Assembly (NCBI GenBank): GCA_030264375.1
Contig: JASCQW010000142.1
Coordinates: 19,559,763-19,623,762, forward strand
Direction of reading: 5' to 3'
Source: Carcharhinus longimanus
Lineage: Eukaryota
Length of the DNA: 64,000 bases
Part shown: positions 24,760 to 37,709 of the stretch, piece after piece
Layout: the number at the start of each line of letters is the position of its first letter
Position numbering within the stretch: the first letter of the stretch is position 1
The notes under the pieces: model-generated
Told to the model about the DNA's origin: nothing
Database searches by the model: none
The model's input: the letters and a program-made list of their open reading frames with translations, nothing else
Program-made: the position numbers and the translations under genes

Positions 24760-25150
24760 CCAAATAAAAGAAACAAAGGAAATAATCTGTTTTTACAGCT
24801 GTGGTACTTCACAATGGCGTGGATGACCTCCAAATTAAAGGAGCAACAATGGTTTGCTCGTCGATGGCTTAGAACGAAAAATAAATTATAAAGAATGGCA
24901 GTACAATAACACAAGCAGCTGTATGACAATCCTAATCTGATGAATTTAATTAGAGAACACTGAGCTAAATCTGCTTTTTATGGTGCTCCAGGTTTTAAAA
25001 GAGCGCTTGTGGTTTGAAAGCAGACATTAAGCTAAGAATCAGTTCTGTAATTACTCTTCAATTAGATGAAATTGAAACTTGACAGCAGTTTCATTTCACT
25101 GTGGAAGAACATGTCTTCATTTCTTTGGCATATCTGCAAATCTGCTGACT
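24760..25150. promoter_or_regulatory. Candidate conserved non-coding element
   Basis: SOX-like aacaaagg, cacaatgg, aacaatgg; TGATGAAT at 24938; TGACAG at 25080. Confidence 0.35.
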
Positions 25151-25218
25151 GAAACAGAATGAATTATTTCAAGGCTTTAGTTCAAGCCTAGAAATCTTTT
25201 AGCTATTAAGCTAACTTG

Positions 25219-25528
25219 GAGGTGGCACAATGGTTAGCACTGCTGTCTCACAGCACCAGGGACACGGGTTCAATTCCAGCCTAGGGTGACTGTGTGGACT
25301 TCCTCCAGGTGCTCTCGTATCCTCCCACAGCCCAAACATGTGCAGGTTACCTGGAATGGCCATATTAACTTGCCCCTTAATGTCCCAATTGAGTGGGTTA
25401 GGTGGATTCACGGGGTAAATATGTGGGGTTATAGGGCAGTGGGTGGGCCTGGGTTGGATGCTCTGTCAGAGGGTTGATGCAGACTTAATGTGCTGAATGG
25501 CCTCTTCTGCATTGTAGGGGTTCTATGA
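25219..25528 (+). mobile_element. HE1-type V-SINE
   Basis: Head, partly deleted V core, tail. Confidence 0.88.
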
Positions 25529-25869
25529 ACTTGGCCTTGAACATATGACATGCGACACATGCATACGAATAAGAAAGCTCATTTGAAATTCCTGTATACT
25601 ACTTTAATCAGCTATTTAAAACAGGCAGGTTATTTCCTCCAAATTTTCACAGAGGAAGGCATGAGCCACTTGCCATTCTTAGCAATAAAAACTTCTTACC
25701 TCAATGACTTTGATATGAATGAAGCAGAAACATAGGGTAAAGGTTTCATATTTTCTGGGGCGGATAATGCTTATGCCAGGGTGCTGAAAAGGATTAAAGA
25801 AGATTTGAGAGTCATTGGTAAGGTTTTGAGCTGGCCACTTGACACTATATAGTACCAGTAACATGGAGG

Positions 25870-26385
25870 CATAAAAAGTGGAAGCAGGAATAGGCCATTT
25901 GGCCATTCAAGCCCACTCATTATGGTCATGGCTGATCATCAAATTCAATATCCTGATCCTGCCTTCTGCCCATAGTCCTTGATCCCTTTAGCCCCAAGAG
26001 CTATATCTAATTTCTTCTTCAAATCACACAATGTTTTGGCCTCAACTACTTTCAGCGGTAGTGAATTTCACACATTCACCACCCTCTGGGTGAGGAAATT
26101 TCTGCTCAATTCAGTCCTAAAAGGTTTACCCCTCATCCTCAAACAACGACTCCTAGTTTCGGATTCCCTCACCATTGGGAACATTCTTTCTGAATCTACC
26201 CTGTCTAATCCTGTTAGAATTTTATATGTTTTATGAGATCCCCTCTCACCCTTCTAAACTCCAATAAATATGATCCTAACCAACTTAGTTTCTCCTCATT
26301 TAACAGACCTGCCAAACCTGGAATCAGCCTGGTAAACCTTTGTTGCACTCCCTGTATAGCAAGGACTCCCTTTCTCAGATAAGTT
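25870..26385 (-). mobile_element. CR1-type LINE 3' fragment
   Basis: LRKGVLAIQGVQQRFTRLIPGLAGLLNEEKLSWLG, CR1 RT C-terminus. Confidence 0.88.
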
Positions 26386-26824
26386 TGAAATAGGCGAACA
26401 AAGTGCTTAGATTTTAAACACAAGGGTCATTACAAACAGACTCAGGGAGATCCAGATCCATGAGGGTTACTTCAATTTCACAGAATCAACTATGAATCAA
26501 ATTGAAAATTATCAGCACAATAAAAAAAACATTTGATTCAGATGGGGAGATTTCAACAGACTAGTCTCCTTCACAGAGGCATTAACCCAATGGTGGAACA
26601 GGCCTGAGAGGCTACATATCACTTCTTCCCCTTATGTTATTAAGCATGAGAGGTAGGACGAAGAAGAGGCTTCAGGCTGATCCCGAGTGTTAAAAATCTT
26701 GGGTGTGCTTCACCCTAATCAGCTCTAAGTGCCCATGCCAACAGAAAAACAATGTTTACCATTGGCGTTAGCAGTAACTGTGAGGTGGGATTTACCTGCC
26801 TAAACCCACCAGTTTTTTTAAACA

Positions 26825-27040
26825 CAGTGATGGGTGCTTGGAACTCACTGCTGGGGGAGGTAGTGGAAGCGGATATGATAAGGACTTAAGGGGCGTCTTG
26901 ACAAATATACAAATAGGATGGGAATAGAGGGATATGGTTCCCAGAAGGGTAGAGGGTTTTAGTTAAGTCGGGCAGTATGGTTGCTGCAGGCTTAGAGAGC
27001 TGAAGGACCTGTTTCTGTGCTGTAATTTTCTTTGTTCTTT
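26825..27040 (+). mobile_element. CR1-type LINE 3' end
   Basis: gtgcttggaactcactgctggggg...gaaggacctgtttctgtgctgtaattttctttgttct. Confidence 0.8.
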
Positions 27041-27119
27041 ATCATTTAAATACATGTAGAATGTACAGCTCCCCCACCAGCCCAGCTGCTCAAAGACTGG
27101 TGTGCATTTATTTAACATA

Positions 27120-27422
27120 AATATTATATTTATATATAGCGTCACAAGTAGGCTTGCAGTAACACTGAAGTTACTGTGAAAATCCCTTAGTCTCCACACT
27201 CGGCCACCTATCCGGGTACACTGAGGGAGAATTTAGCATGGCCAATGCACCTAACAAGCACATCTTTTAGATTGTGGGAGGAAACTACAGTGCTCAGAGG
27301 AAACCCACACAGACATGGTGAGAACATGCAGATTCTGCACAGACATTGACCCAAGACAAGAATCAAACCCAGGTCCCTGGCACTGAGGCAGCAGGGCTAA
27401 CCACTGTGCTACCATGCCGCCC
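27120..27422 (-). mobile_element. V-SINE, alternative-tail subfamily
   Basis: gtcacaagtaggcttgcagtaacactgaagttactgtgaaaatccc tail plus V core. Confidence 0.88.
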
Positions 27423-27439
27423 ACTGAGTTGTGGGTGTA

Positions 27440-27555
27440 CTTACACCACATGGACAGTTCAAGATCATGGCTCAAAACCTTCTCAAGGACAATTAGGGAT
27501 GAGCAATAAATGCTGGCCTTACCTGTAACAATAGCATCTCAGGAACGAATTAAAA
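27440..27555 (+). mobile_element. LINE 3' end sharing its tail with the second SINE family
   Basis: ttctcaaggacaattagggatgagcaataaatgctggcc. Confidence 0.55.
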
Positions 27556-28349
27556 ATAAGTAAACCTAGTCTACTTTTAAGTTGAGTTATGGGAATATGT
27601 GAAGGGGAGAAAGGCCTAACCTGCTAAAAAGCAAAATTGCGACTCATATCAGGGAATCCGCCTTAATGCAAAGGGTGTCAATATTTGAAATCACTTTCCA
27701 GACAAATGGAATATGAAGGCAAAAAGCTTAAATAAGCAAATAGAGCAGTCAAGGCACTTTGTACTGTTCCTGAATGGGTTCACTCAGATTAGCAGAATGC
27801 CCTTTCTCATCCAGTTCTCTTCAACTAGCTTTCCCACAAACAGTATGAGGTAGCATAAAAATTCTATAGTAAGTAAAGTTTCACATTTTCCCTTCACAGG
27901 ACTGCAGGCAGCCAGATTTCCCACTGGAACCAAACCTATCTTGGGGGTAGAAAAGTTGCCTCACGGTTCACTGGACATTTTCTCAGAGGAGATCCTGAAA
28001 ATGTTTGTGTCTCCTTTGATTATTTGGTGGCATTTTATTCAAATTGTTTAGGGTTCTCTGGTCACACGTGTCTCACATTCCTGCCCAAGTTCAACTGACC
28101 TCTGAATGGCCCATTGAATTTTCTATCTTGCCAGCTAGAATTCCCATGGTGGGTAAGACAGGAGAATACAAGAATCAAAAACTACTGCAGAGCGTGGAGA
28201 TAGTTCTGGTATCTCTCGCCTCCTGGCATATTGTTTGAAGACAGAGACTGCAAAAATTCAGTTGTGTAGCATTAATATTTCCAGGGCATCCCACCTTGCA
28301 TAGGGCATCCATGCTATGCATGACTATTCTTTGTGCAAGCTGCTCTGAA

Positions 28350-29060
28350 TTAGAGTCATAAAGTCAGAGTCAGAGGTTTACAGCATGGAAACAGGCCCTT
28401 CAGCCCAACTTGTCCATGCTGCCCTTTTTTTTTAAATCCCCTAAGCTAATCCCACTTGCCCACATTTGGCCCATACCCCTCTATGCCCATTGTACCCATG
28501 TAACTATCTAAATGCTTTTTAAAAGATAAAATTGTACCTGCCTCTATTACTACCTCAGGCAGCTTGTTCCAAACATTCACCACCCTCTGNNNNNNNNNNN
28601 NNNNNNNNNNNNNNNNNNNNNNNNNNNNNNNNNNNNNNNNNNNNNNNNNNNNNNNNNNNNNNNNNNNNNNNNNNNNNNNNNNNNNNNNAAAAGATATTGA
28701 CTATCTACCTTGTCTATGCCTTATTATTTTATAGATCGCTATAAGATCACCTCTCAGCCTCCTACGCTCTAGAGAAAAAAGTCTCAGTCTATTCAGTCTC
28801 CCCTTATAACTCAATCCATCAAGTCCCAATAGCATTCTAGTAAATCTTTTCTGCACTCTTTTTAGTTTAATAATATCCTTTCTATAATAGGATGGCCAGA
28901 ATTGCACAAAGTATTCCAAGTGTGGCCTTATCAATGTCTTGAACAACTTCAACAAGACATCCCAACTCCTGTATTCAATGTTCTGACCGATGAAACCAAA
29001 CACGCCGAATGCCTTCACCAGTCTGTCCACCTGTGACTCCACTTTCAAGGAGCTATGAAC
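28350..29060 (-). mobile_element. CR1/HER1-type LINE 3' fragment (gap inside)
   Basis: IEYRSWDVLLKLFKTLIRPHLEYFVQFWPSYYRKDIIKLKRVQKRFTRML. Confidence 0.92.
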
Positions 29061-29171
29061 ATTAAGTTAGTAAGTTGTTAGTGTGGACATTGGGATCATG
29101 GGCAGGAATAATGTCGAGAAGGGAGATCGTGACATCAGTTGGTGCGTACTGCTGATTTGACATTTGACACC

Positions 29172-29308
29172 AGGACCGGAATTCTCCCATCCCACCCGCC
29201 ACTGGAATTCTAGCCGCCGGGGGGAGGGGGGAACACCATGTAAAGGTCCATTGAAGCCAGGCAGGAATCTCTGGTTTTCAGGCAAGTGCAGCTGGAGAGT
29301 CCCACCCT
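29172..29308. mobile_element. ~130 bp Harbinger-type MITE
   Basis: Same family as 50539, 59202 and 62489 (aaaggtccattga core). Confidence 0.65.
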
Positions 29309-29594
29309 AGTTGTCCAGTACAATGCCCTCTCTCAATCTTGCACAGAAAGAAGGGGCCAGCAGTGTTACTTAAAGGGAACTGCAACAAGTCCTAAAATGG
29401 ACAAAATCTCCTGAACATCTGGCTCAAAGGCTACATACTGTGTCACAAAACCCCTCTCTCTTATATGGGTGCTAAAAAGCTTGGCATAGGTACACATACC
29501 ATTTATGGAAATGTATTATCCCTGGATGTGGGACAGTATCAAATCTGGGCTGCTGATGCTGGTAATAAGTCCTTTTCTGTGTCTGGAGGTTTTT

Positions 29595-32174
29595 GGGCCC
29601 AATTTTACCATCAAATTGCACCTGTTTTTGGGCGTGAAAACTTGGTAAATTTAGGCATGAGGCGGGAAGTGCGATCCACAACCACCTCCACGCTGGTTTC
29701 CCTTAATCAGGCACTTAAAATGGCTGCAATCAGGACTGCGCCTGAAACAGGCTTGACGACAATTTAAATGCATTTAAATTAATTAATGGACTGGACGTCC
29801 AACTTTACCAGCACTTCCCCCTTTACCACCACATTCGCCAATCAGGAATTGGCCCAATAAAAGTCTGATTCTGGCACTCCATCTGTAAGGGTTAGTGAGG
29901 AGGTAAGTGCATAGCGTCTGATGGCCCTCTGCTACTCACAGGTGTCCTTTTGTTGCGGCCATTTTCTACCTTGTATTGGTGGCGACTCTGCGAGTGTGTG
30001 GGGAGCTGTTGCTCTGCAGGGCCTCCAATGTCTGACTTGCAGCATGGACTGTGATCACAGAGGTTCAGGGCCAGCCGAGTCCTTGCCTTCGGCAGGCCCC
30101 TGCATGCCAGAGGCCTTGGACATTCCCTCCTCTACCCGATGTACATTATCAGATGTATTGTGCTCATCAGAGAGTGGCCCAGAACGCTCAACACTAACTG
30201 GACCCACCAATGTGAGTTGTGAGATGGCAGCTGACACCAAAACAGTGCCACCCTCAGAGGCCCCTTCACCCACACCCTCCGAGGACTCATCTGAGCTGTC
30301 TGGACCAGGATGGGTGAGGGCTGTAGCCAGGGTCTGTAGTCCAAAAGGCACCTGGGTGTCTGGATCTGTCTCTGCAACTCAGGACACAAGGTTAAAGTGC
30401 AAGAGAGGGAGAGGAATCTGAGATGCCAAACGTATGATTCACATGTATCCATTGAACATAGAACAAAGAACCCAGAAAATTACATCACAGGAACAGGCCC
30501 TTCAGCCCACCAGGCCTGCAGTGACCAGGCAGTCCATCTGATCTGTACCCCCTACTCTTCCAAAGGCCATATGATTCTATTCCCATCCTATTCACATAGC
30601 TGCAGAGATGCCCTTAAGGCCCACTGTCGTATCTGCATCCACAACCTTCCTCCAGCAGCAAGTTCCAGGCACACACTACCCTCTCACTGCAAATAAACAT
30701 GCCTTGTACATCTCTTTTAAACCTTGTCCTTCCCACTCAAAACTCGTGCCCCCGAGAAGTTGCCACAAAGTGACTGAAAGAATGATAGGGGCTCATGTCT
30801 TGACAGCAGCCTGGCTATGCTGTCACTCACAGCCCACTTCTCTGGAGAGTTCCAGTGCCCGCTCCTCAAAGGGGGTGAGGGCCTGGAATTCTGGCTCACC
30901 ACCCTCTTTCTTTGCCCCCTCATGGGTGCTATGCTTGGTCTCCTCCTGTGGAGACAGAAGGAGCCATGAGAGAAATGGTGACATGACTCCTGCAGAGTAT
31001 TAGGTGGGGCCCTTCAAAGGCAAGCACAGTGGAGCTCACTGTGGGGGCAAAGGAAGGAGGGGTCAGGATCTGGAAGTATGCAGGGTGCTGGGGAATGGGA
31101 GGATCTGGGGGAAGATGCAAAGTGGGGCTCAGCACTCCCCCTTGTTGCATGGATGAAGTCATTGACTTTTTTCCTGGCACTGCTTCCCAGTTCAGGGAGT
31201 CAGTACCCTGACACTGACTGAGGCAGCTACTGCCTCCCAGGCCACATTTCCATCAGCCTCTCTAGATCTGCATCCTTCTGGGGGGAAGCAAGCACCTTGC
31301 CTGCATCCAGCAGTCTCCCCAGGTTATCCTCAAGAATTGGTGGCTAGTCATGCACACATGTTGTGCAAGAATACCTGCCTGCCTATCCACTCTTGAGTTT
31401 TTAATGAAGCTGTCCCTCATTATGGCAGACCAGCTGCAGGCAGTTTGGCAAAGCATTCCAGCAAGTTCCATGCAGTTTGCTTGTTAGCATTGAGGGGGAG
31501 ACAAGTGAGCATTTGCAGGTGTGCTGGTGGGGAGGGGTGTATGTGGTGGATCAGTCCTCAGTGATTGGGGTCAGGGGAGAGAGAGGAAGGTGTCACACCT
31601 CCATTGCAGTCCGAAGGAGATGGGGTCCTTGTGTGGGAGGGTCTGAGGTGGGGGTGAGGGGGATCACCCTGCCTGATATCTGGAGGAGGGAGGGTGGATC
31701 ACTCTGCCTGATTTGAGTGAGGAGGAAGAGGGGGTCCGCTGCCACTCTGCCTGAGATGGGTGAGGGGGAAAGGGATAGCCGCTGCCACTCTGCCTGAGAT
31801 CACTGGGGGGAAGGAGGGGAGGGACCGCGATTGGTCTGGGTGGCAGGTGGGTGGGGGGATAAGGGGGTCAGTAATGTTGTGAGGGTGGGGCCAGAGGGTG
31901 ACATTATCCAGCCCTGGCACTATGCGGTAGGGGAGCAGCATTCTATCATTTTCTTTGGTGAGCAAGTGCAGTTGAAGGAACCGATCAGAGATGCAGGGTT
32001 TTGGGTGTGATGAACCCCGCATACAGGCTAGTGCAGTGTGATTCAGAATCGCTGCTATTTTTTCAGGCAGAATGCGCATAAGGGCGCCTGAGAACGGGTC
32101 TAAAAATCAGACCTGAAACACTCCCAGATTCAAATCCGCCCAGAACTTAGAATCAAAATGGTAAAATTGGGCCC
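29595..32174 (-). mobile_element. Non-autonomous Harbinger element carrying a 3-exon Myb/SANT pseudogene (copy 2)
   Basis: Perfect TIR gggcccaattttaccat/atggtaaaattgggccc; AWEAVAASVSVRVLTP*TGKQC/KKVNDFIHATR; exon 2 EETKH...GGEPEFQALTPFEERALEL; exon 3 = ORF 30055-30351. Confidence 0.85.
30455..30750 (-). mobile_element. CR1-type 3' end inserted in Harbinger Myb intron
   Basis: agaacaaagaacccagaaaattacatcacaggaacaggcccttcagccc. Confidence 0.75.
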
Positions 32175-32499
32175 ACATGTTTCAAGGAATTTCATTGTGA
32201 CTGTACCCAAGCTTTTCAGAAGTAAAAATCAGTGTATTGAGTATTCCAGATAGGTGCCAATTCCATTGAGGATTCCATTATCATGACCAACGCTACATTA
32301 TACAATTCCATTATATCTGAGACAACTCAGTGTAGATTCAAGTGTCTAGCCCATAGGTGTAGAGCTGTCAATTGCATTAATAAGCTCAGCTGGGAAATAG
32401 CTTTGCACTTGGAAGCAAAAATATACAGAAGTTTTAACATTTGATAGTGTGGTGCAAGCCTCACTGTTTTCAGAACAGTAAAACTGCAGATATTGCCAA

Positions 32500-35400
32500 G
32501 TAAAGGGTTAACAGCAGAAATATATACGGCGCTAATGTAAGACTAATGTCAGATCACATGACTGAGAAGTAATAAAGATCTGAAGGTACAGACGCTCCAC
32601 CCTTGTGAAGAGGTCCAAATGTACAAATAAAGAGTAATAGTTTTAAGGAACCAGAGACGTGAGCAGCATAATTTGGGAGAGTGGAGAATCCCCAACACCC
32701 CTGTTTAGACCCCAAACACAACGATGAAACACGGCGGCAGCATGTAAATGACCCAGTGAACCTCAGAAAGAAGACACGGGGCTGGTACAAAAATACATCC
32801 TCAAAGGAAGGACGGAGAGAAAAATTCAAGATTCACCAAGATGCTCATTCATTGCGTGAGCAGCAGATACGAGCTGAGACACAGATCTGGAAACCAGGCA
32901 ACAGCAAGCAGGGGCCTGAAATACCAAGCTTGGCATGGAATCCACAGTCCCAGAAACATTTGGTAGTGAACAAGATTCACAACAGGCCCAGACCTGGGAG
33001 AACTAGAAAAAAAAGTTCACAAGGTAAAGAATGGCTTCAAGATTACACAAAAAAGACCAGTTGCCAGTACACTACGTTATGCTATAAGATCTATTGCTGA
33101 TAACATGATAGAAAGGTAGGGTATTGATGAGATTTCAATTTCTTACAAAGAAGTATTGCAAGCTTTTGACTTTTATTTCAGTGCCCATCAAAATGTAATA
33201 ATAGAGGGGGCTAAGTTTAATAAAAATGAAAGCAAAGATCAGGTGAAAACATGGAGTGGGATATTCTAGCCCACCCTGATGGCAGGATGTTTCGTTTTGG
33301 CCTAAGGTACCAATCCGTGTTGGGTTCCGCTGTGGTAAGGTAGGTCGGCTATTCAAAATGCAATACATCTTGGCAGGAACAGAAGATCCTGCCAATGGTC
33401 ACTGGTGAGCCACCTTCATCGCAGAAAACATGCCATGCCCAGGGGGATGACAGTATGGAGGGAGGGGAGGGGGGGTTGAAAAATTTTGCGTTTTCCAAAC
33501 CTATGACCAAATTTCTAGGTCACAGTACAAGCGATTAGAATCAGTTGATGTGCAAGAAACAAAAGTAATCAGAGAATTTCCACAAACAAGGTTCATAACT
33601 GAGCTTCAAAGATTTCTTGGGACTCTCAACCAAGATGACAAGCTTTTATCAAATTTCACAGAGGCCAAAGAGTTCTGAAGTCCAGGGTCAACGGTGGTGC
33701 TGGAATGTAGACCAGCGAAGTGCCTTCAGAAAACGCTTTTTTTTTTGTAATCTTAGCACATTACCAACAAGAGTTACTAACCATACTAACCATATTTAGT
33801 ACTTGGGTACAAAGGCACCATACTTAAATGCAGATGCATCATCTACAGTTCTTGGGGAAGTTTTATATCAAATGCTGGAAGAAGGCAAGCATAGACCATT
33901 TTACTATACCTCTCATTCTCTAATAAACACAGAACAATGATGCCACAATAGGAAAAAAAAGCAGCAACATGGGCATGAAATTTCAAGCTGCGTTAAAGGA
34001 TTGCATTTCAAAATTGACTCAGACCACCCTTTTCCCTTTAGCACATGAAAGAAATTACAAAGATGCCAGCCATAATTGAGTGGTTCAGACTAAGATTGAC
34101 GAGATATAACTCCATCACAGAGTATGTGTAAGGGAAATATCAACAGCAGTAGACACACTGGGCAAAATCTTAAAACGTTGTTTCCAATGAGAAAACTGGT
34201 GTGTGTCTCACCAGAGAAACCGATTAGTTTTCTTTTCAGATCTAATGACACTCCGCCAAAAAAAATCATAACGGGGCACAAGGTCTCAACATGCTGGCAA
34301 AACGCTACTGCTCAGAGGTTGTGGCACCCCAATCAGAACCTGAGTAAATCTTCTCCCCAGCCACCATGGATGTCTCGGTGCGGTCTCCTCCCCAGTCCCT
34401 AATCGGAGTTGGCCCTTCTCTATCACTTGCCCCGGATCATCAGCCTCTCCTCCACATTCCCCACCTCTCTCCCAATCATAGGTTTCTTTGCACCTTCTGA
34501 GCACCCACCTCTGCCACCACCACCCCTTGTCTACAATGGCCAATGATAGCATCCTCCATCCCATACTTCTTCGTCCACTCCCAGCTACCACCAGATTTTA
34601 ACAAATCCTTCCCCTTCATGAGGCTCCCACTGGGGCCTGCCCCTAACACAGGTTGGCACTATCAGGTTGATACTGCCCAAAACGCTCCCTGCCATCTTGC
34701 CCCCCCACTCCCCCCAAGACTATACTTACTTTTACAATCTCTGGAAGACTCCCACAACAGGTCCATATCTAGGTGAACCTATTGTAAATGGCATCAGCGT
34801 ATTAGCATTGTGGCGTTACCCTCGAATGTCTGGTGAGGGAGGAAGCTCCGGTGTGAGTGCTCACTAATAATGTGCTAATATATTTAAATGAGCTTTCTGC
34901 GGTCCCGCATCATGTTTCACACCACTCCACCGGTGAGGTGCCGGTAAGATGGAAACTTGGAAACTCGCCAGTGCAAATTGCACTCCCTTGATTTTGAGCC
35001 ATTCCCACAGATAGAGAGGGTGCGATCAAAATCATCAGTCACAAATGTTATCAGAAGGAACCAAACAAGAAGATTTACACTTCACCGAAGAGGTGGAAAT
35101 ACATACATTTTTAATCACTCAATACTTGTTGCTTTTGCAAAAGTTTGCAAGAAGTACATCAACCCCAACAATGAGATGAAGACTTTTTCCGAATCAGAGA
35201 ATATTGCCCGGATGGATGGTCAGGCTATATCCTCACTAAGCCGGTACTGTGGCAGCACTTTGAACAGCACAAATACCTCAGTGTTACTGACAACTCACTA
35301 CTCTTCAATGAGAGAGTTGTCGTACAGAGAATACTTCAGCTTAATACTCTTCAAAGACTTCACCAAGGAATAGCAAACTATTGTGCGAGAGCACAGCAAT

Positions 35401-36750
35401 CAGCCTGGTGGCCAAGCATTACTCAATCTGTTGAAGAAATAATATCTAACTGTCTTACTTATGTCATAAAAAAGCAAAGGCAAGAACAAAAAGACCCAAT
35501 ATCACCTTTCACTTTTCCATCAAGGCTGTGGGAGTGCCTGGGAATAGACTAATTTGATTTTAAGAGGACATCCTTCCTTATTGCCATTTATTTCTGCTCT
35601 TAGTTCATTGAAGTAAACTGATTATTCTGAACCATGGTGGAAACATTCAATCCCTCAGTATTTACACAATATCTGGCATCCTGGACATTATAATGTCTGA
35701 CAATCAGTCATAATTTGCTAATAAGCTGTTCTATAATTTTTTTAAGAAACATGGTTTAATTCACGTAAATCCATGTTCTCCTTGCTTCCCTCAAGCGAAT
35801 AGAAAAGCTTAGAGAGAGGTACGAATCATTAAAAATATATTGGAGATAAACAAACGCTTTAATCTAACTCCTCTGAGTTATTGGACCTCACCATTCCATC
35901 AGAGTTACTGACAGGCAGGTGATTGAGAACACAGCTTTCAATATCACCATGAATGACCACAAGAGGGTAAACTGTGAGGAGAAGCAACCAGGTTCAGAAC
36001 TTTAACTACTAGTGCTGAAGCCCAAGGTGGGGGAGGAGCAGGGCCTGAAGAGGAAGCTGCGCACTCTGCAATCAGGGATGATCGAGAGCGCCGATCGACC
36101 AGTGGGGGCATGAACAGGGACCGCGATCGGCTAGGGGATTGAATGAGGGGAGGCAACGATCAGCCGGGAAGGTTGAAGGAGGCCATGATAGGGTGGGGGG
36201 TCGGTGATTGGAGGGATGGGGGGGTAGGTCAGATTCCTAGGGCACTAATTGTGTACATTTTACACTGTTCACTTAGAGATCATTTGTGTGCGCAATCGCG
36301 CCCACTAGCAGCCAGCAACTGGCTTCCCAGTGAGAATACACTCTATCTGCTCCCCCTACTGGTGCGAATCACACTTTGTCTCAACTTTTTCTCTAAATGG
36401 CATAAGATTTTAATTTTTCAGTCACCAAAAGTGGTCGTGATTCTCTTCTATTTTTATGCTCATTCAGCACTTCAAATTTCTTTAGTAAGATCACTCCCTG
36501 AGACTTTGGGGAGAGGTGTCAGAAGATAAAAACACAATGNNNNNNGGATAAAGACTTTGGAGGAGATAAAGGGTTAACATCAGCAGCAGGCTTGATATTG
36601 ATGTAATGACTGAGAAGTAAGAAAGAGCTGGAAGGCAAAGAATCTCCAGTGTCGTGTAGAACTCCAAATATGTAAATACTTACTGTGAATAAAGGCTTTA
36701 GGAAACTCCAGATGTGAACACTCTACTTTGGGAGAAGAGAATATCGTCCA
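32500..36750 (+). mobile_element. Decayed Gypsy LTR retrotransposon with both LTRs and nested MITEs
   Basis: LTRs ~32500-32697 and ~36567-36750 share taaagggttaaca, atgactgagaagtaa, tccaaat, tttgggaga; gag YKEVLQAFDFYFSAHQNVIIEGAKFN; RT/RNaseH ELQRFLG, NADASST; integrase AQQSAWWPSI, SPCFPQAN. Confidence 0.8.
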
Positions 36751-37141
36751 AAAAAAACGCATTTAGACCCCAGTCACACAATGAGCAATTATTTTATCAG
36801 GTGACTATTCTGTCAGCCAGATATCGCTGGATGCTGTTAAAGTGTGGCTTTACACCTGATCAAAGTCATATCGCTCTTGTTGTAAAATGAGGGAGTACAA
36901 ACCCTCCAACTAAGTATGGCTTTAGTTCTCTGGTCAAAATACAAAGCTGCTGATTCAGCTCCCAGGCATCCTGCTGAGTTTGCAAAGTGGAAATTGCTAC
37001 ACCACAATTTTTCAGTAATGCAAAAGTGGTAGTCTTGTACCTTTCTGATGATCCTCGATGAAGAGAACAACCTCCATTCAAAACTGACAATAGCAGTTGT
37101 TCCTAACCCTGAACAGAGGAAGTTGGCATCAGTGAGTTATT

Positions 37142-37371
37142 TAAAGTTAATTTATTAGTCACAAGTAGGTTTACATTCGCAGTGCAATGAAGTCACTGAA
37201 AATCCACTACTTGCCACACTCCAGCGCCTATTGAGATACGCTGAGGGAGAATTTAGCATGGCCAATGCACCTAACCAGCACATCATTGGACTGTGGGAGG
37301 AAACCAGAACACCTGGAGAAAACCCACGCAGGCACGGGGAAAGCGTGCAAACTCCACACAGACAGTGACTG
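37142..37371 (-). mobile_element. V-SINE, alternative-tail subfamily (headless)
   Basis: tttattagtcacaagtaggtttacattcgcagtgc tail plus V core. Confidence 0.85.
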
Positions 37372-37411
37372 CATTCATGATCAATGATAAATGCACAATG
37401 TTACACATGAA

Positions 37412-37709
37412 TTTATTAATGTCACAAGTAGACTTACACTAACACTGCATTGAAGTTATTGTGAAAATCCCCTAGTCGCTACATCTGGCACGTGTTTGGA
37501 GGATTTAGCATAGCCAATCCATCTAACCAGCATGTCTTTCGAATTGTGGGAGGAAACCGAAGCACCCAGAGGAAACTCACGCAAACACAGGGAGAATGAA
37601 CCCACATGGACAGGGTGCGGACTCCATACAGTCAGTGATCTAAGCAGGGGGTCAAACACAGTTCCTGATGTTGTGAGACAACAGTGCTAACCACTGTGCC
37701 ACCGTGCCG
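37412..37709 (-). mobile_element. V-SINE, alternative-tail subfamily
   Basis: tttattaatgtcacaagtagacttacact tail, V core, head. Confidence 0.85.

Noticed and set aside
25700-25783. Minus-strand 84-nt exon-like unit (HPGISIIRPRKYETFTLCFCFIHIKVIE) with good splice signals
   Set aside because: No partner exons or recognisable protein; such signals arise by chance
29921-30421. 166-aa plus-strand ORF
   Set aside because: Antisense shadow of the Harbinger Myb third exon
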